64,000 nt of DNA from a virus, in the IMG/VR virus record IMGVR_UViG_3300037189_015081, positions 52,682-116,681 of that record; one strand, written 5' to 3'. How positions within the stretch are numbered: the stretch's first letter is position 1; each line of letters begins with the position of its first letter. The translations under genes were made by a program, and so were the position numbers. The notes beneath the pieces were generated by a model. That model saw only the letters and a list, made by a program, of their open reading frames with translations, searched no databases and was not told where the DNA came from. Below are positions 34,982 to 45,400 of the stretch, in pieces.

Positions 34982-37900
34982 ATGAGTTCCTGAACGCGCT
35001 GATCACGAAGATCGATGGCGAGCCAGTTAAGTCTACGGTCAAGCCACACGATTCTGCCTCGCTGCGTAAGGCTATTGCTGAGCTTGCCGCGTCAGAGAAC
35101 ACCCTGGTGCCCGCTGAGCGCCGCGTTACCGCGCGTGATATTGAAACCGTTGCTGCGCGTTCATTGACCGCGACGGCTGGTATGGAGCGCCAGGTTAGGT
35201 TCTTCCGCGCGTACCGTGACGTTGCCGCATTTGTGTCAATGGCGATCCACGGCAAGGTTCGCGAAGGTGACGTGCGTAACCGTGATCTTCTCCCGGTTGG
35301 TCACCCGTTGTCTGAGCGTCGTCACGCCATGACCGCCTCCGCCCACGCCACCGCGTACGCGCGCTGGGTCGCGGCTGATCCGCGTATCGCTGAGTCCGCG
35401 CGCGAGCTTGTTACCTCGGCGTATCTTGCCCCGGTGTCGTCAATTGAGTACACACACGCGACGACGCGTTTGCGCGCGATGACGGCTGGAGCTGTTCCTC
35501 AGGATGTTCTTCTTGCCTTGTCCGAGACGGTTTTACCGATCATCGCGGTTGGTAACCCGTTTACAGGAAATAACTCGAGTCTTGCCCGTTCTCTTCGCGC
35601 GCGCATGCAGCACCGCGATCGCCACGGCCAGTTTGCCTTCGAGGGCGGAGGTATCCAGTTCTTCCTGAAGTCGCCAAAGGGTGTCACATCGGTGACTGGT
35701 CGTTTTGCTGGTAACTCGTCAACGAGCAACGCGTTTATCGTCGAGGTGCACAATGACCCCGTGTTGAAGAACGGCTTGTATGCTGTTCCAGCGGCGGATT
35801 CCGAGGCAACAAAGGCGTATCTGCCTTTACCTGGTGGTGCTGAGAACCAGGCGACATATGTGACACCTCCAAGCGGTGTAAAGGTTGCTGAGCTTGGTGA
35901 TCTTACACCAATGCAGGCTCCGGATGGCTGGACGCTTATTCATGAGAAGAAACCCGGCGAATCTGGCCCTGACCGAGTGTATAAGACGGAGGACGGGTAC
36001 AGCGTTGCTGTTTTTGACGCCGGTGCGAACAAGGACGAGGTCAACGGCTTTATTAAGGACGGAGCCAATCCGTACTTTAAGAGTGTAACAAACACTAAGT
36101 ACAAGAAGGCGGAACCTGACGCGGCAAGTGTCTGGTACAAGCCATTTGATCAAAACGCCGTGCAGGTACCTCAGGCAGCGGCTGGCAAATGGTCTTCGGA
36201 CGAACCGTTCTACTTTACCTTCCGCGACGCGACGGATCACACGGATAAGCAGTGGGTCGGATTGTCGCAGTCCTGGGCAGACGTGAACGACCTGGTCCAG
36301 GCTGATCAGCCTAAGTTTGAAAAAGCGTATGGCGACATTGTCTCTGGTAAGGAAAGTGCCGCTCAGAAAAAGATCGAGCAGGACAAGCTTGACGCTGAAA
36401 ACGCGAAGAAAAAAGAGGCAACAACCGCTGAAGTACTCGCACACAATGACGCGGCACGCGCGCAGATTGCTGCCAATCTCGCTGACGGTAAGGACGCCGT
36501 AGGAAATGATCTTCCTGGCGGTTGGACGCCTGTCGCAAATGACGCGGTGTTGAACCCGACCCCTAGTCAAACATGGACTAAGCCGGACGGGTCGCAAGGG
36601 GCGTACTTCCTTGAATCGGCAAAGATCGACCCGTCAAAGGCGTACTCGTACGAGTACACCAGCAATGGCGTAAAGTTCACTGTCACTAACAATGAGGACG
36701 GGTCGCTGCAGATCAACGGTGCGGACGCGCCTGACTGGAACGCGGCAATAAAGATGGCAAGCGAGGCTGCTGCTGGTAAAAAGGCCGCGGACATCTACGA
36801 GGCAAAGAAGGCTGTTGCCAGCTTTGATCCAAATGGCGATATCGCCGCCGCGATTGACGCTGGAGCGTCGCCATCAGAGATCAACGCGATGCTCGATGAA
36901 AGTCCGGAATATAAGCAGTTCCTGACGGGTCTTCACGGCGCCGAAATGGCAGATTTCCCTAATGCCGGGGACAAGGCGCTGATCGAGCAGAGCAAGCAAC
37001 TGGGAGCCGCGATCCAGGCTCTCGGCACCCACGACACTGCACCGGGGCTTGATCCTGCATACGCCGACTACTCCGACGAGCAACTGCTAAAGGCGCTCAA
37101 TGCTCGAATTGCTGAGGGTACGTCAAGCGACAACCTAAAGAAGATCGAAAATCTTACCAATGAACTGAAGGCCCGCGGCGTAGAGAACATTCCTTCGCTC
37201 CAAACGGACGAGGAAAAGGCACAGGCAAAGGCTGAAGCCAAGGCGGCGGCGCAGGCAGGCGAGCCAGCGTGGAACATTCCTGACGGCGCATTCAAGCTCG
37301 TTCACCCAGAGGACTATCAACCCGAGGGGCGCATTGACGAGGTTGCCAGTGACTACACTGATGACCCGAAGGTTCTTGCCAATAAGTTTAATGCAGCCGA
37401 GCTAAAGGACGCCCTCGCCGAGGCTGTTCTCGGTGTCAACGATAGTTTCATCGAGGACATCATTAATTCTCCTGTAGACGAGAACATTGACGAAGAGGCT
37501 GCACCGCAGAAGGGTAAGCCTGGTCCTAAGAAGAAGAAACCAGAAACCCCCGTCGAGGGGTCCGGTTTCGGTAAACTAGCGTTTAAGGGTGGAGACGAGT
37601 TTGTCCCAGCAGACGCACTGTACAACGCGCTCATTGAGCAGGGTGTCGATGCACAGATGTACCTGGCTGAACTGTACGACTACAACACTGGTGAAAATAA
37701 GAACGTCAGCATTCTTGACGCATTCCGCAACAATAAGCCCGAAGAGGTCAAGGCCGCCGAGCCAAAGGCCGTAATTGACAACTTTGATCAGGGTGTTCCT
37801 CCTGCAGAGGATGTCGTGGCTAACCCCGATGCAGCGGCGAGGGTGGCTAATCTTTCGCCGGCCGCAGTTGCCCAGCTCGAGGAACTTTCAAAGCAGCCGG

Positions 37901-40900
37901 ACTCTAATCCACATATCAATGAGATCGCTGACTACGTTAAGAGCATCGAGGACAACAATGCGCCAATAAACCACTTTATTGGTATTATTGACAAGTTTGC
38001 CCCGTGGGCTATTGATGGTACGCCAGAGCAAAAGGACGCCTTCCGCGCTCTGTGGGGTGTCATGCTTTCACTTGACGGTGGATACGGTAGCCAAGAGAAT
38101 TACCAGGGCAGCGACTTCTACATGACACTGCATGACGCGATCATGAAGTACCAGGGTAGTAGCCCGACTAGTGCGGAGTTTAGAAAGCTTCTTGCAGAGC
38201 TCGGGTCATTCGCGGACTGGAAGAAAGATAAGACTGCCATCGCGAATGGTAGCGTCGATGCTGCCAATAGCGACGGTATTGCCGCTCTCTCGTACCGACT
38301 TATGGCGCAGCTGAGTTCTCCAAACACCACCGATCTGTATCGCGGGATCCAAGCAAATGTTGGATCCGATAAGCTTGCCGCTTATACTGGTGAAGGAAAC
38401 ATTCTGTCCTTTGACCCTCGCTCATTTAGCACCGGTAGAAACACCGCCGCTAGTTTTGCTGGCGTTTTCGGTAATAGTGGCGAACTGGCTGCGGTTATTT
38501 TCCATATTCCTACAGGTGACGGTGTCTCTGTAGGTGTTAGCGACATTTCTCCGTACCAGGAGGAGGGCGAGCAGCTCGCCTGGGGAAACTATAAGGTTGT
38601 CAGTGTAAAGAAGACGATGAATGGCGATAAGCCAATCTACGAGGTTACACTTGGCAAGGTTGACGAAAACGCCGCTGTTCTTAACGGGCAGTCAAGTGAC
38701 TACTCGAAGCTTTTGACGCCAAATGAGGACGTCAGTCTTCCAGAGTTCGCGTACACACCCAACCCTGAACCGTACACGCCGCAGGGTATCAATGTCGACG
38801 GTGTGCCTGCTGGTGTAACCGATAATCCTGCCGATATCGCTAAGCAGTTCGACGTGACCGAGCTCGAGCATGCCTTTGAGTCTGGTATCATCGATGGTAG
38901 CGGAAAGGCGATCCTGGAGTTCCCCGCCGATGGCGGATACATGGCCGTTGTCGATGTCGAGGCAATTCGCGACGCTCTGCAGATTCACGGCGTTGATACT
39001 AATGAGATCTTGAAGAGTATCTCAAGTGACGAACTAATGGCTGACACCGCGCAGAGCCCCGTGAGTGCCCCTGAGAACAAGGAAGCCGTCACAGCTCCTG
39101 GAGTTGTTGACGTTTCTGGCTGGACAAAGATCGGCAACCAGGCTGGTTCTAACCCGGGAGGGTTCTACCAGGACGAGAATGGCAATAAGTACTACGTCAA
39201 GTATCCTTTGACTGATCTTCACGGCGAGAACGAGGCGCTTGCCTCGGAGCTGTACAAGCTCGCTGGCGTAGATTCTGCACAGCAGCTTATTGGTCGTGAC
39301 GGGCAGGGAAATCTTGTCACCGTGTCGCCGCTTATTCCAGACGCGAAGGCTGACATGGCTGATCGTTTGAAGAACCCGGACTACAAGAAGAAACTTCAGG
39401 ACGGTTTTGCCATTGACGCATGGCTCGCGAACTGGGACGTCGCTGGTCTAGGGTTTGACAATGTTGTCACTGACGCCAATGGTGATCCTGTTCGCGTTGA
39501 CCCCGGTGGGGCTCTTCTGTTCCGCGCTATGGGTAACCCCAAGGGCGGTGCATTTGGCGATACCGTCCCTGAGCTCGATTCACTGCGTGACCCGAATAAA
39601 AACTCGAAGTCAGCCGCGGTGTTTGGTGACATGACCACCGAGCAGCAGATCGACTCTGCCCGCAAGTTGCTTGATATCACCCCGGATCAGATCGATCAGC
39701 TTGTTGACTCCATGATCACGGATCCTGCCGCCCGCGACAAGCTCAAGTCGACTCTAAAGGCGCGTCGTGATTATATTCTGGATCGCTATGGCCTAAACGG
39801 TAACGCGCCTGAAGCGGCACCGAGCGCGCCTGAGACAAGCGTACCCGAGACTCCTGCCGGTGAGGTAAAGCGTATCACGTCCGATGGTGCAGAGATTTCG
39901 ATCGGCATGCAGGTTGGTCACAAGAAGTCTGGCGAAACTGGAACCATTGTCAAGTACGACAAGGGTAACCCCAAGTACGTGTACGTACAGTACCCTGACG
40001 GCACAATAAAGAACACGTCAACAAACCAACTCGTATCCAAGAACAGCGGAGGTGGTGGTGGTAACGGCGGAACAGAGACCCCGTCTGCTCCTGAGACGCC
40101 ATCAGTTGGTGAACCAAACGCTGTCGAGACGCTGGCTAACCCAACCTCGACGCCTGATCTGCAGAAAACCCAAGGCGAGGAAGCGCTGACTCCTCCTCCT
40201 GGAGCGATGACGATCAAGGACAGTACCGGCGGGGACGTTTGGGCTGGTCTTGAGGTTACCGATAAGAACGGTGCAACTGCAACAGTCGTAAGGGTCAATA
40301 AGGACAACTACGCAGAGGTTCAGTTCCCTGACGGTAAAAAGGCTTGGCGCTCTGGTAAGACTCTTACAGCCACAGGAAACCAGGGCAAGGCTGCTATCAC
40401 GCCAGCAAAAATTAAAACAGGAAAAGTAACGCCGGCTGGAACAGCGCCAGTTGTTGTTCAGGAGCAGCTCGACTGGAACACGCCTCAGATTGATGGAACG
40501 CCCTCACTTGGTACTATTCTTTCCGATGTTGTAAATGGCACGGGTCCAAATCGCGGCATGGCCGGTGCATCCGCCGCTGTCGACAGTGACTCGATCGAGG
40601 ACCTAGATGTTCGCGTCATGCACGTCAAGGATGTAAATGGCACCGACGGCGTTCGTCTAAAGTTCAAGCTCACCGCGTGGGCTGGAAACAACAAGGTCAA
40701 GGAGCTTTTGAAGATGTCGGACGCGGAACTTGCCGCGGCCGGTGTCCAAAAGTTCAATGGAATTAAGATTGAAAAGATCATGGTAGACGCCAATGGCGTC
40801 GGCCGCGTCGTGCCCAATGAGTACGGATTCCAGGACTACGCGGGACAGGCGTTTAAGATCACGACACCCGACGGGATCACGATTACGCTGTATCGTGCAA

Positions 40901-41817
40901 ACACCACCTCGGGATCAGCGATAAGTAGCGGATCGCCAAAGGCGTTCCACAACCTGGTGCAGATCCAGGCTCCAGCCGGGGCGACACAGGAGCAGATCGC
41001 AGACGCGATCCACCGGGCTGGTGTTGTCGACACGCGACCGGCAACTCCTGCGGACGCAAGAATTCTTATCGAGAATCGTCTAATGAGCATCTTTGACTCA
41101 AAGGTAGACGCCACGAAGAACCTGTCTGGCGCAGAGCGCGAGGCAAGCCTGAAGCGAATTGCTGACAAGTACGGTATCACACCGGACGACGTCGTCATGG
41201 CAACCGGCGCAGCTGGTCGCATCGAGACGCGCCTGAGCCCCGAAGGAGCGCAAAAGATTGTCCAGGCAACTGGAAACCCGACGGCGATTCAGCACAATGT
41301 TACTGTTCCGTTCTTTGGTAGCAACATTTCCGATGAAGAAAAGGCGCAGAAGCTGGCCGAGTGGATCGCAAATCTATTAGCTACTCCTCAAGGTGGTCTT
41401 CTGTCTACGACAGTTCGCTGGACTGAGGGAGTCGGTGGAAGTGGAATGTCAAGTCAGAAGGACGTAACCACTGGCGGAGCTGACTACGTGTTCACCAAGC
41501 CAGTCAAGCACATCTGGGACAAGGTTGGTTATGGCGTAGTTGTCTACTTCGATCCAGCCAAGTTGTATGAGCGCCTAGACTTCTACGCCAACTACAGTGA
41601 CAACTTCGGTAAGCGCCATTCCTCGCAGGACATTCTAAAGGCCGCGAATGTTGGAGCGTATGAGTTGATGTTTAAGAACCGCGTGTCCTTTGACGCGGCA
41701 ACAAAGATTCTTGTTCCAAGTCAGGATATTCGCACCAGAATTATTACTATTCTTCGTCAGAGGGGGATCACCGAGATCGGTGGTATGCCTCTTGAGCAAG
41801 CAATTATCGCAGGTTAG
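34978..41817 (+). CDS. giant multidomain virion protein: R-S-E ADP-ribosyltransferase, atypical kinase, SH3-like repeats, C-terminal DarT-like ART
   Basis: LYRG...RSFST...QEEGE; GSNPGG..YYVK..NEALA..DAWLANWD..DN..RVDPGG; GGLLST...GGADYVF...YELMFK. Confidence 0.75.
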   Translation: MNEFLNALITKIDGEPVKSTVKPHDSASLRKAIAELAASENTLVPAERRVTARDIETVAARSLTATAGMERQVRFFRAYRDVAAFVSMAIHGKVREGDVRNRDLLPVGHPLSERRHAMTASAHATAYARWVAADPRIAESARELVTSAYLAPVSSIEYTHATTRLRAMTAGAVPQDVLLALSETVLPIIAVGNPFTGNNSSLARSLRARMQHRDRHGQFAFEGGGIQFFLKSPKGVTSVTGRFAGNSSTSNAFIVEVHNDPVLKNGLYAVPAADSEATKAYLPLPGGAENQATYVTPPSGVKVAELGDLTPMQAPDGWTLIHEKKPGESGPDRVYKTEDGYSVAVFDAGANKDEVNGFIKDGANPYFKSVTNTKYKKAEPDAASVWYKPFDQNAVQVPQAAAGKWSSDEPFYFTFRDATDHTDKQWVGLSQSWADVNDLVQADQPKFEKAYGDIVSGKESAAQKKIEQDKLDAENAKKKEATTAEVLAHNDAARAQIAANLADGKDAVGNDLPGGWTPVANDAVLNPTPSQTWTKPDGSQGAYFLESAKIDPSKAYSYEYTSNGVKFTVTNNEDGSLQINGADAPDWNAAIKMASEAAAGKKAADIYEAKKAVASFDPNGDIAAAIDAGASPSEINAMLDESPEYKQFLTGLHGAEMADFPNAGDKALIEQSKQLGAAIQALGTHDTAPGLDPAYADYSDEQLLKALNARIAEGTSSDNLKKIENLTNELKARGVENIPSLQTDEEKAQAKAEAKAAAQAGEPAWNIPDGAFKLVHPEDYQPEGRIDEVASDYTDDPKVLANKFNAAELKDALAEAVLGVNDSFIEDIINSPVDENIDEEAAPQKGKPGPKKKKPETPVEGSGFGKLAFKGGDEFVPADALYNALIEQGVDAQMYLAELYDYNTGENKNVSILDAFRNNKPEEVKAAEPKAVIDNFDQGVPPAEDVVANPDAAARVANLSPAAVAQLEELSKQPDSNPHINEIADYVKSIEDNNAPINHFIGIIDKFAPWAIDGTPEQKDAFRALWGVMLSLDGGYGSQENYQGSDFYMTLHDAIMKYQGSSPTSAEFRKLLAELGSFADWKKDKTAIANGSVDAANSDGIAALSYRLMAQLSSPNTTDLYRGIQANVGSDKLAAYTGEGNILSFDPRSFSTGRNTAASFAGVFGNSGELAAVIFHIPTGDGVSVGVSDISPYQEEGEQLAWGNYKVVSVKKTMNGDKPIYEVTLGKVDENAAVLNGQSSDYSKLLTPNEDVSLPEFAYTPNPEPYTPQGINVDGVPAGVTDNPADIAKQFDVTELEHAFESGIIDGSGKAILEFPADGGYMAVVDVEAIRDALQIHGVDTNEILKSISSDELMADTAQSPVSAPENKEAVTAPGVVDVSGWTKIGNQAGSNPGGFYQDENGNKYYVKYPLTDLHGENEALASELYKLAGVDSAQQLIGRDGQGNLVTVSPLIPDAKADMADRLKNPDYKKKLQDGFAIDAWLANWDVAGLGFDNVVTDANGDPVRVDPGGALLFRAMGNPKGGAFGDTVPELDSLRDPNKNSKSAAVFGDMTTEQQIDSARKLLDITPDQIDQLVDSMITDPAARDKLKSTLKARRDYILDRYGLNGNAPEAAPSAPETSVPETPAGEVKRITSDGAEISIGMQVGHKKSGETGTIVKYDKGNPKYVYVQYPDGTIKNTSTNQLVSKNSGGGGGNGGTETPSAPETPSVGEPNAVETLANPTSTPDLQKTQGEEALTPPPGAMTIKDSTGGDVWAGLEVTDKNGATATVVRVNKDNYAEVQFPDGKKAWRSGKTLTATGNQGKAAITPAKIKTGKVTPAGTAPVVVQEQLDWNTPQIDGTPSLGTILSDVVNGTGPNRGMAGASAAVDSDSIEDLDVRVMHVKDVNGTDGVRLKFKLTAWAGNNKVKELLKMSDAELAAAGVQKFNGIKIEKIMVDANGVGRVVPNEYGFQDYAGQAFKITTPDGITITLYRANTTSGSAISSGSPKAFHNLVQIQAPAGATQEQIADAIHRAGVVDTRPATPADARILIENRLMSIFDSKVDATKNLSGAEREASLKRIADKYGITPDDVVMATGAAGRIETRLSPEGAQKIVQATGNPTAIQHNVTVPFFGSNISDEEKAQKLAEWIANLLATPQGGLLSTTVRWTEGVGGSGMSSQKDVTTGGADYVFTKPVKHIWDKVGYGVVVYFDPAKLYERLDFYANYSDNFGKRHSSQDILKAANVGAYELMFKNRVSFDAATKILVPSQDIRTRIITILRQRGITEIGGMPLEQAIIAG

Positions 41818-41828
41818 GAAAAGACACA

Positions 41829-42497
41829 ATGGCTGACAATCGCAAATTGACCCTGGTTCCAGTAGACAATCGTCTCACGGATGGCTTCGTCCAGGGACCC
41901 TGTGTGTTCGTAACCGAGGATGACGAAGGAAATGTCGCGTATGTTCCGATCTATGCGGTTACTCTTGAGATCATTGACGGGCAGTACCATGTCGGCGCCG
42001 CTGAGGTTTCTGGAACACGTTACTACCCGATCGACAAGGTCTCGGACGTGAAAATCAGTGACGCTCGCGGGACACTAACCTTCTCGAGCTACGGTAATAT
42101 CTATAAGGTACGTGCGTTCCAAGAGTCAGACGGTTCCTGGGCCTCACGGTTTGGCGCTGTTGTGCCTGTAGAATCATTAGAGGAGCGATACATGGCCGAG
42201 GTCGAGAACGCGTTTTCTCCCAACGCGCCGGCGGATGATGAAAATCTTTACGCCGCTATTGACGAGAACACCAATGAGGTAAAGTACCTCGTGTACTCCT
42301 GCGCAAGCGGTCTTTACATTCGCTCAAATGGCGGATGGTTTGCTCTCCCGTCAGATGACGAATCCCTGGACAATCTCATTGTTGACGAGATGGACCCCAA
42401 GGTTATTAAGATTTTTGACCTCGCCGAGGCGGAAAACGAAACACTCATGTCGGACGACGTGCAGAAGTACGCGGTCGCATTTCGGAATGGACAGTAA
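41829..42497 (+). CDS. acidic hypothetical protein
   Basis: AGGA RBS; lies between the giant protein and the protease. Confidence 0.75.
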   Translation: MADNRKLTLVPVDNRLTDGFVQGPCVFVTEDDEGNVAYVPIYAVTLEIIDGQYHVGAAEVSGTRYYPIDKVSDVKISDARGTLTFSSYGNIYKVRAFQESDGSWASRFGAVVPVESLEERYMAEVENAFSPNAPADDENLYAAIDENTNEVKYLVYSCASGLYIRSNGGWFALPSDDESLDNLIVDEMDPKVIKIFDLAEAENETLMSDDVQKYAVAFRNGQ

Positions 42498-45400
42498 TGG
42501 CTGAGTTTCTTGGATCGCAGGGTTCATATGTTCTATTTAGCAATGGAGCAAATGGCGCAATCGTCGATACCGCGCTGAACATCGTTGTAGAGACAGGCGA
42601 CGCTCGTACTATTTTTTCTGCTGGAGAGTGGAGTCTGTCTCCTGTAGAAGTAAGTCAAGCTGCCCGCGATCTCGCCGATGCGGCCATGTCGTCGCTTGAC
42701 ATCCGCGTAATCACTGCTTCTGGTCGCATGTACACGATCCCTAAGGGTGTACAGGCCGAGGCACAGCGCGCACTTGACTGGCACAAGGAATTTAATCGCG
42801 GCGGAACCCCTGTAGGTCTAGGCATGGCACGCACTCTTGCCGAGGGCGGACAGATTGGTATCGAGCGTGTTCGTCACATCGCGAAGTATTTTCCACGTCA
42901 CGAAGTTGACAAGAAGGCGACAGGTTACCAGCCTGGAGAGGACGGGTTCCCTTCAGCTGGCCGTATCGCCTGGGCTCTTTGGGGCGGGGACGCCGGGTGG
43001 CGCTGGGCTAGCGTAATCGTTGATCGCGAAAATAAGAAGGCCGTGACAGCTGATGGACTCGGCTATGAGCCGTCACCAGCAGTAGACTTTGACTATGACG
43101 CTGATCTTGACGCATTCCACGCGGCTAATGAGCTCGATGAAGGTGTTGGACCAGAGTTCATCGCCCGTGTGCGCATGGACGGTTCAGGTATCGACCGTCT
43201 GTACCGCGTTGACATCGACGGTCAGGTTTACGTATGGGACGACCTTTCCTGGGACGATCTCGGGCACGTCAATGGCGACATCTATACCTATGACCGTGCG
43301 CTCGACGACCCGTACGACATGGTCGAAAAGGACTACGTCATTATTGACCCGGCATCGGCCGTTGTTATCTCCGCGTATATGCAGCAGAATCCGTATGACT
43401 ACGTTTCTATTGACCAAATCGACTCCGTAGAGGCTCAGATGGTCGCTGATGCCCTGGCCGAGATCGACTGGGAGCTTATTGACCGCGCCATTGTCTCGGC
43501 TGGTGCGCCTGTCGCCGATCCTTCAGCGACTGACGGCCAGTATACGCCAGAGGAGCGCGCAGCTAACGCCTCGAAGCAGGTTCGCGACGCTGGAGGCAAG
43601 TTTGCCGCCGCTGGTAACCGTGTAACCGTTGGCGGTGACTCGAGTAGGACCGGTGAGGTTACCCAGGTAAACCAGAGCGACGGCTCGGTTGTTGTCAAAA
43701 TGGACGCAGGCGGATCGGTGACTGTTCCAGCGAACACTACCCGCCAGATTAACGCTGAAGCCATTGGCACCGAGTCGCTCGGGACAACCGCCCCGAGCGC
43801 AACAGCCACCGCACCTGCTGGTCAGCCCGTTGACCGCGGACAGGTTCTCGACACCTCTGGTATTCTTGGAGAACCACGCGTACCGATCAATCAGCCAAAC
43901 GCTCGTATCCCTGGAACGCTCCCTGCCATGACCGCGGCTGACCTTAAGCAGGTCATGTACAACTATCCTGCCTGGGTGAAGTCGCAGCGTGACCAGTTTG
44001 CTCCGCAGAAGCAGATGGCACCAGTCGAGGTGCAGTCTAAGGGAAGCCTCGACGTTGGAGCACCGGCAAAGGCGCTGGAAAAATCATCTGGTAAGCAGAT
44101 CATTCTTGATGCGTACAACCACCCGCTGATTCAGAACTGGCTGCACGGTCGGGACAAGCAGACCGGAACCCCTAACGCGCTATGGTATCACCCGGTAACC
44201 GCTGATGCGTCACCGCAGGGTGAAACCGTTGTCCCGGGTGCGACCCCGGAACCGGCACCTTCAACCGACGCGGCATCGGTTTCCGCTGAACCAATGACCC
44301 CGGAAACATCCGATGTTCAGCCACTGTACTTCGCGGTTGTTTCACCAGATGATCCTCGCGCGGTTCTTGACCTTGTCGCCATTGTTCCAGCAAGCGCCAC
44401 ATCCAATCTTCCTACAGCGTACAAGCGTGTTAAGGGAGACTGGCAACAGGACGAGGGAATTCTTGGAGATCTAAACTCTGCAACACCTCCGCCTGTCGTT
44501 CCTCTTGACACTGACACGTTGAACAGCGTTCTTCAGCAGATCGACGGTCTTGCGCCTATTGCTGCTGGTGGAACACTTCTATCCCACGCGCTCATGGTTC
44601 TATGGAACAGTGATATTGAGACCATTATCGCCGCTGGCGGCCTGGACCGCAACCGTGGTAACGCAGAACGCCTGCGTCGCTACTGGGTACACGGAGAGGG
44701 TGCCGCAAAGATTCGCTGGGGTAAGGGTGGAGACTGGAAGCGCTGCGTGCGCTATCTGTCGAAGTATCTGGGTGTTCGCGCAAAGGGCTACTGCCAGTTG
44801 CGGCACAAGGAGGCACTTGGCTTTTACACCTCTACCCACCGTAAGATGCTCAACAAGGCTAAGGGTCGTAACAACTCGATTATCGAGGAGTTTAGCGGCG
44901 GAACTGGAATCGCTGAGCCAGTGTACGAAGTTCCAGTACCTGAAGAGTACAAGGACGTCCCTGACATTGATCTTAAGATGGATGTCGACGCCATGCACGC
45001 GGAGCACGACGATCTGTACGATGAGTCGTGGCAACCCGACGAGGAAATTGCTGCCGCAATGGACGAGTTGTCCAAGTGCAGTGACGAGGACTACCTTGTT
45101 CTTATTGCCGCTGGCGGCCTGGACCGCAACCGTGGTAATGCTGAAAAGCTTCGCCGTTACTGGACCATTGGTAAGGGCGGGGCGAAGATTCGCTGGAACA
45201 CTAAGGGCGACTGGACACGTTGTGTTCGTCACCTTGAAAAGTACCTTGGTCCTCGCGCCAAGGGTTACTGCGCACTGCGACACCACGAGATGACTGGAAT
45301 GTGGACAGGCGATCGTGCCCACGCCGCATTGTACGGTCGAAAAGGTCGTCGAAACAACATGTTTAGTTCAGATGTTCTTGTCTCGACCGATGAGATGATC

